Translations under genes and position numbers: made by a program | The notes under the pieces: model-generated | What the model saw: the letters and a program-made list of their open reading frames with translations, nothing else | Told to the model about the DNA's origin: nothing | Databases searched by the model: none | Part shown: piece by piece, positions 1-8,181 of the stretch | Position numbering within the stretch: position 1 is the stretch's first letter | How the letters are laid out: each line of letters begins with the position of its first letter | Origin: Gemmatimonadota bacterium | GTDB taxonomy: Bacteria > Gemmatimonadota > Gemmatimonadetes > Palauibacterales > Palauibacteraceae | Assembly: GCA_039587755.1 (NCBI GenBank) | Contig: JBDHBD010000012.1 | Location: 12,030 to 76,029, forward strand | Direction of reading: 5' to 3' | Length of the DNA: 64,000 nucleotides

Positions 1-2454
1 CCCCATTTCGTGAATGATGACATCCCTGAGCTTATCGCTCCCATCGAACTCGAGGGCTTCCAGATCGTTGGAGTCGAACCGCATGAGCCCGAGAATCGGC
101 AACCGACTGTCAGATCGTAGGAAACAGGGACCCGCCTGTCCCAGGATGCCGCCCGGCCCGTCGATGTTTGTGACGGTCGCGAGGATGACCAGGTCGTCCA
201 CCGTCTCATCGATCGCCGGCGCGTTGCTACCACACTGACCGGCGGGCAGGTCGAGCGGTATGTCGGGGATACCGAGCGTGATGATCTGCTCCCAGCGCTC
301 CTCGGCATCGGCAAACGCCTGCGCCTGCGACTCCGTGGGCGAACTCCCCGCGGTAAACCGGATGTCGATATCCATCACCGGGTCTTCGAAGCGTGCCGTT
401 GCGATTCGATTCTGATCCAGCGTTACGACACAGTCACCGCTGCCGCTGCAGTCCCCCAGCCACTCCGTGAACTCGTTGCCAAGCTCCGAAGTGGCCGTCA
501 GCGTCACATCAGAATCCTGTTCGAAGAACCCGCTGCAGGTGCCGGCGGACTGCTCACCGCTCAGGTCGCAGTCGATACCGGAGGGGGAGCTGGTGACGTT
601 TCCGGCGCCACTGCCTCCACCCGTGACCTTGAGCTGCCTGAAACCGGCAGGGATGATGGCGAGGCTCACACTCATAATCTGGGGAGAATTGCTGGCGTTC
701 GGGTCGCTCACCGTGATCTCCCCGGTGTAAGTGCCCGCCGTCAAGCTCCCCGTCGAGATCGACGCCGTGACGGTCTCGGCACCGCCCACGGCCACCGAAC
801 CCGAGACCGGATCGAGCGAGATCCAGGACTGGTCGGCCGACGCGCTCCAGTTGAGCTCCGCCTCCCCCGTGTTTCTCACGTCGAAGGTCTGATCGGCCGG
901 ATCCAGACCCTCGTCCGTCGTGAAGTCGAGCGCTCCCGGATCGAGCTGGATGGTCGGAACGGGCGCCACCGTCAGATTCACGGCAACCGTCTGCGGACTG
1001 TTGGACGCGTTCGCATCTTCGACCGTGATGTTGCCCGTATACGTGTTGGCACCGAGGCCCGCACTCAGCACGGAAACGGTGACGTCAACCGAAGCACCGG
1101 GCGCCAGCGACCCGAACACCGGCTGAAGCTCAAGCCAGGTTCGCTGTTCCGTCGCCGTCCAGTTGAGCGTCAAACCGCCGCTGTTTGTGATGGTGAACGT
1201 CTGACTGTTCGGGTTCGAGCCTTCGAGCACGTCGAAGTTCAGGACCGGCTGCCCGAGCTGGATCACGGCCGCCGGTGCGACGGTCAGGTCGATCGTCGCG
1301 CTCTGCGGGTCGGCTGACCCGGTCGGGTCGCTGACCGTGATGGCACCGGAGTAAGCGCCTGTCGCGAGGTCCGAACTCGCGATCGAGACCGTGACCTCGA
1401 CCGAGGCGCCGGGTGCAAGCGAACCGGACGCGGGACTCAGACCGATCCAGGCTTCGTCGGCATTCGCCGTCCAGGCCAACGTGAGATCGCCCGGATTCGT
1501 GATGGACAACACTTCAGAGGCATTGGAGCCTTCCGGCGCCTCGACCGTGAGGGAGGCCGGCGAGAGCTGAATGGAGGCAGGCTCGACGTCGTCGAGGAAC
1601 TGGAGGCTGGTCGTGACGCCATCGAATGACCCCGCGCCCCGCACGAGGACAAACCAGCTTCCCCCGGCAGGATTGAGCAACTCGCAGTTCTCGTCGTTCC
1701 CCGACTCGGTCGAAGCGCAGTCGAACGTGGCCGTCGTGGGCGGCGAGCCCTGCCTCACGTACAGGTCGGCGTTCCCCGATCCTCCACCCAGCGTGACCCG
1801 GAGCAGGCTCGCTACGACCGCCTGCGAGACGGCGGCCGAGGTCGACGACGCCCCTCCCTGTCGTTCCTCGTCCTGTCGTGCCGACCCGAGCGCGCCCGCA
1901 CCGTCCGCCGGAGAAACGCTGCCGCTACCCCCGGTCAGATCGTGCTGGAACAGGATCTCGCTCGACGCCTCGCCGCCCAGACCTGACACCGGGGTTCCAT
2001 CGGCGATTGCGAGCGGGGAACCTTGCGTGACGGTGAGAGCTGCAGAGATGGCCTGGGGAGAGTTCCCCGCATTACCGCTCACTGCGATGCCTGCCTGGTA
2101 GGTGCCTGTCCCGAGAATCGCGCCGCTCGTCGTCACGCTGACCGTGGTCGATGAACCCGCGCTCAGAGAGCCAGAGGCCGGGGTGGCGCTCACCCATGAC
2201 CGATCGGCGGCAACGGACCAGCTGAGCGTACCACCGCCACTGTTCGACACATCGAAGGACTCGCTCGAGGCGCTGGAGCCGACCTCCTGGGTCAGCGAAA
2301 CCGAGGATTTCGACAGTGAGATGGCCGGTGCCGGAGGGGGTGGCGGGGGCTGGGTCGGGCTGTCGCCACAGGATGACGATCCGATAACCAGTGCCACGGA
2401 GCCGGTTAGGACCGACGCCGCCGTCCGGAGGTTCAGAAACAGGCCTCTCTTCAT
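1..2454 (-). CDS. Secreted lipoprotein zinc metalloprotease (HExxH). Architecture from the N-terminus: BACON-like repeat, pre-peptidase-C-terminal (PPC)-like domain, about four BACON-like repeats, then the protease domain. The C-terminus runs off the window start, so the gene is partial.
   Basis: Reverse-strand translation from the ATG whose complement sits at 2452-2454 gives MKRGLFLNLRTAASVLTGSVALVIGSSSCG (lipobox). One BACON-like repeat follows, then a DLYVRQGSPPT..FDCAS PPC-like segment. Next come ~90-aa tandem repeats with the motif L(T/S)L(N/A)W(T/S)A..SW(I/L)(S/E)L.P.SGSLAPGASV.VTVS. Then a protease-like region (AQAFADAEERWEQII...) ending ...DVIIHEMG at base 1, so the HExxH motif is truncated by the window edge. 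The ORF track omits it because no stop codon lies in the window. A ribosome-binding site is not obvious. Confidence 0.8.
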   Translation of the reverse strand, partial: MKRGLFLNLRTAASVLTGSVALVIGSSSCGDSPTQPPPPPPAPAISLSKSSVSLTQEVGSSASSESFDVSNSGGGTLSWSVAADRSWVSATPASGSLSAGSSTTVSVTTSGAILGTGTYQAGIAVSGNAGNSPQAISAALTVTQGSPLAIADGTPVSGLGGEASSEILFQHDLTGGSGSVSPADGAGALGSARQDEERQGGASSTSAAVSQAVVASLLRVTLGGGSGNADLYVRQGSPPTTATFDCASTESGNDENCELLNPAGGSWFVLVRGAGSFDGVTTSLQFLDDVEPASIQLSPASLTVEAPEGSNASEVLSITNPGDLTLAWTANADEAWIGLSPASGSLAPGASVEVTVSIASSDLATGAYSGAITVSDPTGSADPQSATIDLTVAPAAVIQLGQPVLNFDVLEGSNPNSQTFTITNSGGLTLNWTATEQRTWLELQPVFGSLAPGASVDVTVSVLSAGLGANTYTGNITVEDANASNSPQTVAVNLTVAPVPTIQLDPGALDFTTDEGLDPADQTFDVRNTGEAELNWSASADQSWISLDPVSGSVAVGGAETVTASISTGSLTAGTYTGEITVSDPNASNSPQIMSVSLAIIPAGFRQLKVTGGGSGAGNVTSSPSGIDCDLSGEQSAGTCSGFFEQDSDVTLTATSELGNEFTEWLGDCSGSGDCVVTLDQNRIATARFEDPVMDIDIRFTAGSSPTESQAQAFADAEERWEQIITLGIPDIPLDLPAGQCGSNAPAIDETVDDLVILATVTNIDGPGGILGQAGPCFLRSDSRLPILGLMRFDSNDLEALEFDGSDKLRDVIIHEMG

Positions 2455-2521
2455 GACAGCTCTGTCATGCTCGCGTTTCGTGGGGGGCCGCCGGCAAGGT
2501 GGCCGCCTCTTTCGCTTCTCG

Positions 2522-2818
2522 TCAGCTGTCGCTGAGTTTTTCCCGAGCGACGGCCCGCGCTTCCGCATCGTCAAGGACGGGTGTCGCCTCGCAGTCGATC
2601 ACCTGGTTCCAATTCAGAATCCAGTTCGCGATGGCCGCGGGATCGGTTGTCTCGCAGATGGCTACCCCCGTAAACCCCACGAGGTCGTGCCAGCGGCCGA
2701 TGAGCTCGAGGTTGTCTCCCGTGTCCGCCTGATCGTCCTCGGGCGTCATCGCCGAGAACGCCTGGAGGGCTTCGTGTCGCTTGTCGTCGTGCACGCGCCA
2801 GCTGATGAGATACTTCAT
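2522..2818 (-). CDS. Small conserved hypothetical protein (DUF3303-like, ~98 aa)
   Basis: ORF MKYLISWRVHDDKRHEALQAFSAMTPEDD...; its size and sequence recall the DUF3303 family. Family assignment is from memory only. Confidence 0.55.
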   Translation of the reverse strand: MKYLISWRVHDDKRHEALQAFSAMTPEDDQADTGDNLELIGRWHDLVGFTGVAICETTDPAAIANWILNWNQVIDCEATPVLDDAEARAVAREKLSDS

Positions 2819-2923
2819 AGTGGATCTCCTTCAAAATGGGTTGGATTACCTGAAGTACGACGCACAGAAGCGATCTGATGTAACCAGCGGTAAGGACCTC
2901 GGCAAGCGGGCGCGAACGTCGGC

Positions 2924-3751
2924 TCACCCCTCCGACGACCGGCGATCCCCTTCGCTCCTCCGCTCTCCGCTTCGCGTCCGCCTGTCCCCGCTCTTGCGTC
3001 GATCGGGGAAGACGATCGGAACCTTCTGCTCACGCCGGTCACCTGTCGACCGCCGGTCGCCGCCACTGCGACGGTCACGCTTCGATCGGCGGTTCCGCAG
3101 GCGCCAGCCCGGTCCTTCCCTTGGGGGAAGGATCGTGAGCATCCGGACGAAGACGGCCACGAACCAGAGCGCGTAGAACGGACCGACGTCGATCAGCCCG
3201 ACATCGGCCGGCCCCTCCGGGAATGTGTACAGGTTGAATCCTAACAGGAGCAGCGCCAGCAGGATGCCGGGCCATCCGAACAAGTGGCCGAACTTCGTGT
3301 GCCGCAACATCGCGATTCCGATCAGGATACCCGCGGTAGCGATGAAGACGTCCCACGAGACATCGAGCGAGAACTGTACGCGGTTCACAGCGCGCCATAC
3401 GAGTTCCGAGGCCTGCAGCTCGGCATCGGTGCCGGTGGCTGCCAGTGCCCGGTCGCGGAGCGCGTTGTTGGCCGTCTGGACCACGATCATCGCATTCACG
3501 ACGACCCCGGCGGCGACGCCGAGTGCGGCGCCGAATCGCAACGGAGCCCCGTCTCCGTGCGTCGAGACGGCGGCATAGACTCCCACGAAAGACATGCTGA
3601 GCAGCGGCCCCATGGCGATCGCCAGGTTGCGGGCCACCACATCCGGGAGCGGGAGGAAGACGGCCGCGAAGTAAACACTGAGGGCGAGCAATCCTGCGAT
3701 CGCGCCCCAAAGGACGAGCGAGCGTTGGACCCTGCTGCTGGTTGGCATGTC
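2924..3751 (-). CDS. Polytopic membrane protein with a C-terminal low-complexity (S/T)GDRR repeat tail
   Basis: The track ORF spans 2924..3844. The start is more plausibly the internal Met at 3751 (MPTSSRVQRSLVLWGAIAGLLALSVYF...). About six hydrophobic helices are visible. The C-terminus reads RRSGGDRRSTGDRR...SGDRRTRSGERRSEGDRRSSEG. Confidence 0.6.
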   Translation of the reverse strand, partial: DMPTSSRVQRSLVLWGAIAGLLALSVYFAAVFLPLPDVVARNLAIAMGPLLSMSFVGVYAAVSTHGDGAPLRFGAALGVAAGVVVNAMIVVQTANNALRDRALAATGTDAELQASELVWRAVNRVQFSLDVSWDVFIATAGILIGIAMLRHTKFGHLFGWPGILLALLLLGFNLYTFPEGPADVGLIDVGPFYALWFVAVFVRMLTILPPREGPGWRLRNRRSKRDRRSGGDRRSTGDRREQKVPIVFPDRRKSGDRRTRSGERRSEGDRRSSEG

Positions 3752-3891
3752 TCCTCCTCGATCATCGTTGCACGAAGCCCGCGGCGGCTTCGGTCGGGCT
3801 TGATCTGGAATCTGGCGGATGCGTCCGACTGTGACTACCCGCACGCCTCGATTTGTGAGAGTTTGTTGGTCAAACCGGCCGGGAGGATCGA

Positions 3892-5088
3892 TTGTTCGGT
3901 GCGCTCGTCACGCTCGTTTCCTTCGGTTTCCTGGTTCATCTAGTCTTGAGCCATCGGGAAACCGTTCGCGCTCTCCGCCGCCGTGAGACGGAGAGACCAG
4001 CGCGCCTCAATACCTATCCGTCCGTCACCGTCGTGCGACCCGTGAAGGGCGTGGATGTCGAGCAGAAGGAGAACTTCAGGGCCGCACTGGACACCGGTTA
4101 TCCGGGCGAGATCGAAACGATCTTCGTGTTCGAGGACGAGGACGACCCCGCGCACGCGCTCGCTCGGGACGCGATCGAGAACCACGACCAGACGCGAGGT
4201 CACGGTGACGCACGCATCGTGCTCGCGGGGAAGCCCCCACCCGGCCGTACGGGCAAGATCAACAACATGATCGCGGGCGCGGCCGAGGCGTCGGGCGACT
4301 TCGTGGCGTTCGGGGACTCCGACAGCCGGCCCGACACGTACGTGCTCACGAACCTGATAGAGCATCTCGGCGCCGACGAGCGAGCCGGTGCGGCGTTCGC
4401 GCCGGCCGTTACGCCGAGCCCTCCGCGAACCCCCGGCGATGTCGGCCACCACATCATTCTGAACGCGTTTGCGCTGGCCAACATGGAGGTCGAGGCCGGC
4501 CCGGCCCGCGAGCACCCCTTTCTCGTGGGCCAGCTCATGGTGTTTCGGAGGGAGGCCCTCGCGGCCATCGGAGGGGTGGAGTGCGCGGATGGACAGCTGG
4601 TGGATGACATGTATCTGGGGGCCCGGATCGTGGAGGCAGGCCATCGAAACGTAATGGGCACCCATCCGCTCCATATCATCAACTACGGTTTGGGATTCGG
4701 GGACTTCGTCCGCCTGTGGCGACGCTGGCTGTTCTTCGGGCGCGGGGGAATGCCGGCCAGTTTTGTCCGGTCCTTCGCCATTCGCGCCGTCAGCTTCTTC
4801 GCGTCGCTGGGGCTCGCCGTCACTGCGCTGGTGATTGGTCCTGTGTGGGCCGTCGGGCCGCCGGCCCTCGTTCTGGCCGCAGAGGGACTTCACTATCTCC
4901 GAGTGAACCGCCAGTTCGGCGGAGGGCGCGTTCCGGCAAAGTACCTGTGGATGGCCTGGGTTCCGTTTCCGGCCGTCATACCGATCGGCATCTCCATGCT
5001 GTTCAAACCCGAAGTCGACTGGCGTGGGCACACGTATCGCGTCGACCTGGGGGCCAGGCTAAGGCGCAAGGGGGCCGGCGCAGAGTGA
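3892..5088 (+). CDS. Family-2 glycosyltransferase (ceramide glucosyltransferase/HpnI-like) with C-terminal transmembrane segments
   Basis: N-terminal TM helix, then the GT-A region VTVVRPVKGVD...ETIFVFEDEDD...GDSDSRPD (DxD-type), then C-terminal hydrophobic helices. Confidence 0.75.
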   Translation: MFGALVTLVSFGFLVHLVLSHRETVRALRRRETERPARLNTYPSVTVVRPVKGVDVEQKENFRAALDTGYPGEIETIFVFEDEDDPAHALARDAIENHDQTRGHGDARIVLAGKPPPGRTGKINNMIAGAAEASGDFVAFGDSDSRPDTYVLTNLIEHLGADERAGAAFAPAVTPSPPRTPGDVGHHIILNAFALANMEVEAGPAREHPFLVGQLMVFRREALAAIGGVECADGQLVDDMYLGARIVEAGHRNVMGTHPLHIINYGLGFGDFVRLWRRWLFFGRGGMPASFVRSFAIRAVSFFASLGLAVTALVIGPVWAVGPPALVLAAEGLHYLRVNRQFGGGRVPAKYLWMAWVPFPAVIPIGISMLFKPEVDWRGHTYRVDLGARLRRKGAGAE

Positions 5089-5092
5089 CGTC

Positions 5093-5653
5093 ATGACGAG
5101 GATCGCCACCTTCCTCGTGCTGTCGGCGTGGCTCACATACATCTCGAGAAGCTCGCTGGTCAGCCCGCAGTCGCATGGCTTCTATCGGTTCTTCGCGTGG
5201 GAGTGCATCCTCGCTCTGTTCGTGCTCAACTTCGTCAGCTTCAGCCACTGGTTCGGTGAGCCTCTCGCCGGGCGCCAGGTCGCGTCCTGGCTTTTGCTGT
5301 TCGGTTCGCTCGTTCCGCTCATACCGGCCGTCCATCAGTTACGATCACGGGGCAAACCGGACGATCGACGACCCGACGATGGGTCCCTGCTTGGAATCGA
5401 GAAGACCACGCGATTGGTCACGACGGGGGTCTTCCAGTTCATCCGGCACCCCATGTACACGTCCTTGCTGCTTCTCGCCTGGGGGGTGTTCTTCAAGAAG
5501 CCATCTTTGACCGCGGCCGCACTCGCCCTTGCGGCCACCGGCTTCCTGCTCGCAACGGCGAAGGCGGAGGAGCGGGAGAACATCGACTACTTCGGCCCGG
5601 CATACCGGGCCTACATGCGGGATACGAAGCGGTTCGTACCGTTCGTGTACTGA
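5093..5653 (+). CDS. Isoprenylcysteine carboxyl methyltransferase (ICMT)/phospholipid methyltransferase-family membrane protein
   Basis: Hydrophobic 186-aa protein carrying the characteristic ...TTGVFQFIRHPMYTSLLL... motif. It starts 5 bp after the glycosyltransferase stop. Confidence 0.75.
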   Translation: MTRIATFLVLSAWLTYISRSSLVSPQSHGFYRFFAWECILALFVLNFVSFSHWFGEPLAGRQVASWLLLFGSLVPLIPAVHQLRSRGKPDDRRPDDGSLLGIEKTTRLVTTGVFQFIRHPMYTSLLLLAWGVFFKKPSLTAAALALAATGFLLATAKAEERENIDYFGPAYRAYMRDTKRFVPFVY

Positions 5654-5660
5654 GGAGACC

Positions 5661-6131
5661 ATGCAGCGATCGGGAACGCTCTTGGCCTTCGTACTGCTGC
5701 TCGGCGCGAGCGACGTGGATGCGCAGCTCGTGACCGTCGGCCTCGGGGCGCTGGTCTTGCCGTCCAACACCTTTACGGTGTTCGAGCTACATGCGGCGGG
5801 GCCGCCTTACCTCGCCGACTTCCGTCCCTACACGACCATCTCCTGGACGGACGCCAACCTGTCGGACAAGCCCACGGTGATCGTGGCAGCCGAGCGTCAG
5901 TATCTCTTCGTGCCGCCCAAGACGTCCGGCTTGAGCTCGTCGATCGGACCCGGGTTCGTAATGCTGCCGATCACCGACTACCGTCCGGAGTTCCAGCTCA
6001 CGAACTCTCTGGTGGTGTTTCTGCCCATTCCCCGGACCGCACTCGTGATTTTGGCCTCCTGGCAGCCGTTCGATCCCGATGACTGGGCGATCGTGGTGAA
6101 GCTGGGCCTGACGTTGTGGTCCGGAAAGTGA
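5661..6131 (+). CDS. Secreted hypothetical protein (signal peptide)
   Basis: The track ORF starts at 5529, but MQRSGTLLAFVLLLGASDVDAQ at 5661 is preceded by GAGGAG and follows the previous stop by 8 bp. No recognisable domain. Confidence 0.55.
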   Translation: MQRSGTLLAFVLLLGASDVDAQLVTVGLGALVLPSNTFTVFELHAAGPPYLADFRPYTTISWTDANLSDKPTVIVAAERQYLFVPPKTSGLSSSIGPGFVMLPITDYRPEFQLTNSLVVFLPIPRTALVILASWQPFDPDDWAIVVKLGLTLWSGK

Positions 6132-6153
6132 GCTTGGCGAAGGCGGCGACGTA

Positions 6154-7530
6154 ATGACCCCAGCGAGTGATGAACGGGTATGGGACGAGCTGCCGAAGGT
6201 GGCCGAACCCATATACCGGATCGATGACCGACCAGCCACCTGGTGGGAGACCATCCTCTACGGGTGGCAGCACACGCTGGTCGACATCTCGCCCTTCGTG
6301 CTGCCGCTGGCCGTGGCCGCTGCGATCGGGATGTCCGCCTCCGAAGAGGCGAGGTTCATCAACTTCTGTCTGTTCTCGATGGGCGTCGCCACGCTGCTGC
6401 AAACGACGATCGGCAATCGGTTGCCGATCATCCAAGGCCCATCCGCCACGTTGACGGGCACGCTCGCTCCGGTAGCGGGGCAGCTCGGTCCGGCGGCGAT
6501 GTGGGGCGGGGCGTTTGTCGGCGGGCTGGTCGAGATGGTGGTCGGCGCGTCGCGCATCCTAACCATTCTGCGTCGTCTCTTCCCGCCGGTGGTGGCGGGC
6601 ACGGTCGTGCTCACGATCGCTCTGGCGCTCGGTCAGGTCGCGGTCCGGTTGCTGGTCGGCGACGGAGATACGCTGAACTTCGTGCTCGCGGGGGCCGTGA
6701 TCGCCCTCGTCTTCGCGCTGCAGGTGCTGGGCCGGAGCGTGCTCGGGGGGATTCTCGCCCGGGGGTCGATCTTCCTCTCGATCTGGGTGGTCGGGCTCGG
6801 CGTGGGGGGAGCACTGGGTGAAGTAGACTGGACGCTCGTGTCCGAGAAAGCCTGGATCTCGCTCCCGTCGCTGTTTCCGTACGGAGGACCGGGCTTCGGG
6901 TGGGAGTTCTTGGGCGCCGCCATCCTCGCTGTGCTGGCTGGCTATTTCGGATCCATGGTCGAATCGCTGGGCGACTACGCGGCGACGTGCGCCGTCACCG
7001 ATGAGCCTTACACGGCTCGGCACATGAACCGGGGTATTTTCGCAGAGGGGCTCGGCAGCGCGATCGCTTCCGTGTTCGGAGGACTTCCCTGCACGAGCTA
7101 CACGCAGAACATTGGAATCATCGCGGCCACACGCGTGGCCAGTCGATTCGTGGTGCAGATCGCCGCGGTGGTCCTTCTTCTGTACGGGCTCAGCCCCAAG
7201 TTCGGCGCGCTCCTGGTCGCCATGCCGCGGTCGGTGCTGGGGGGCGTGTTCGTCATCGTGTGCGGGATGATCGCCGTCTCGGCTATCCGGCTCCTCCAGG
7301 CCGCACCACGGACGACAGAGAACCATCTGGTCGCCGGAACGACCCTGATCGTGGCGGTAGGCCTGCCTTCTTACCTGCGGTTCTCGCTCGGGACGGAGTG
7401 GATCGAGGCGATCCCCACGATCGTGGGGATCCTGGTCACGAACGAGGTGGTGCTCGCCGTCCTGCTGGGAGTCGGACTCCACGCGGCGCTCAACCTCGCA
7501 CCGAGACAGGCTGACGCCGAAACACTTTAA
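6154..7530 (+). CDS. Nucleobase:cation symporter-2 (NCS2) family permease (xanthine/uracil/urate-type)
   Basis: 458 aa with ~12-14 TM segments. NCS2-type motifs include ...LQTTIGNRLPIIQGPS..., the glycine-rich GGAFVGGLVE, and ...TQNIGIIAATRVASR... Confidence 0.85.
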   Translation: MTPASDERVWDELPKVAEPIYRIDDRPATWWETILYGWQHTLVDISPFVLPLAVAAAIGMSASEEARFINFCLFSMGVATLLQTTIGNRLPIIQGPSATLTGTLAPVAGQLGPAAMWGGAFVGGLVEMVVGASRILTILRRLFPPVVAGTVVLTIALALGQVAVRLLVGDGDTLNFVLAGAVIALVFALQVLGRSVLGGILARGSIFLSIWVVGLGVGGALGEVDWTLVSEKAWISLPSLFPYGGPGFGWEFLGAAILAVLAGYFGSMVESLGDYAATCAVTDEPYTARHMNRGIFAEGLGSAIASVFGGLPCTSYTQNIGIIAATRVASRFVVQIAAVVLLLYGLSPKFGALLVAMPRSVLGGVFVIVCGMIAVSAIRLLQAAPRTTENHLVAGTTLIVAVGLPSYLRFSLGTEWIEAIPTIVGILVTNEVVLAVLLGVGLHAALNLAPRQADAETL

Positions 7531-7695
7531 CCGGTGCTGCGTTGCGGACCCGTGGCATTCGATTGCCACCACCGCATTTGCGATCTAACCTGTTCTTCTG
7601 CCAGCGTCGCACGCCATCGCTTGGCGGAGACCCGAGCGGTCTCCGGACAGGAGCGACGGGGTACAACCGGTCCGGGTAGAGAGCGGAGCCAGCAC

Positions 7696-8181
7696 GTGCG
7701 CGAGCTTCACGCCATACAGCTTACCGTGAACGGCGTTCGCCACGAGCGATCGGTCGAAGCGCGTCTCCTCTTGAGTGACTTTCTCCGACAGGAGCTCGAG
7801 CTGACCGGCACACACGTCGGTTGCGAGCATGGGGTGTGCGGTGCGTGCACGGTGCTGGTCGATGGCGAAGCGGTACGCTCCTGTTTGATGTTTGCCGTCC
7901 AGGCCGACGGTTCCGAGATCACGACGGTGGAGGGGCTGGCGGACGGTGGCGCGGTGCCTGATCTGCATCCGCTGCAGGCCGCCTTCCGCGATGCTCACGC
8001 CCTGCAGTGCGGTTTCTGCACCCCTGGCGTTCTCCTCACCCTCATCCCCTTCCTCGAACAGAACCCGGACCCGGACGAGCAGACGATCCGCGAGGCGCTG
8101 TCCGGGAATCTGTGTCGCTGCACCGGATACCAGAGCATGGTCGAGGCGGTGAGGGCATTGGCGGAAGGAGTGGGGCGATGA
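7696..8181 (+). CDS. Xanthine dehydrogenase/CO dehydrogenase-family small subunit, (2Fe-2S)-binding (CoxS/XdhC-type)
   Basis: IQLTVNGVRHE...LRQELELTGTHVGCEHGVCGACTV (plant-type ferredoxin cysteines) plus the second cluster motif QCGFCTPG...CRCTGY. The track ORF starts at 7534, giving 215 aa, which is too long for this family. The in-frame GTG at 7696 gives ~161 aa, but the start is uncertain. Confidence 0.85.
   Translation: MRELHAIQLTVNGVRHERSVEARLLLSDFLRQELELTGTHVGCEHGVCGACTVLVDGEAVRSCLMFAVQADGSEITTVEGLADGGAVPDLHPLQAAFRDAHALQCGFCTPGVLLTLIPFLEQNPDPDEQTIREALSGNLCRCTGYQSMVEAVRALAEGVGR

Noticed and set aside
1571-2878. Plus-strand ORFs 1571..2101 and 2102..2878 (176 and 258 aa)
   Set aside because: They are antisense to the convincingly coding minus-strand metalloprotease and DUF3303 genes. 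Their translations are Pro/Ala/Ser-rich nonsense typical of high-GC shadow ORFs.
3075-3943. ORFs 3075..3710 (-), 3225..3578 (+), 3284..3943 (+)
   Set aside because: They overlap the membrane-protein gene in alternative frames or strands, have Arg/Gly/Pro-rich nonsense composition and no motifs.
7534-7695. N-terminal 54-codon extension of the 2Fe-2S subunit ORF (MLRCGPVAFDCHHRICDLTCSS...)
   Set aside because: It would make the subunit ~215 aa, against ~160 aa for the family. The extension has no ferredoxin-like motifs. The in-frame GTG at 7696 gives a canonical N-terminus, so the start is most likely there, although the Cys-rich leader cannot be fully excluded.
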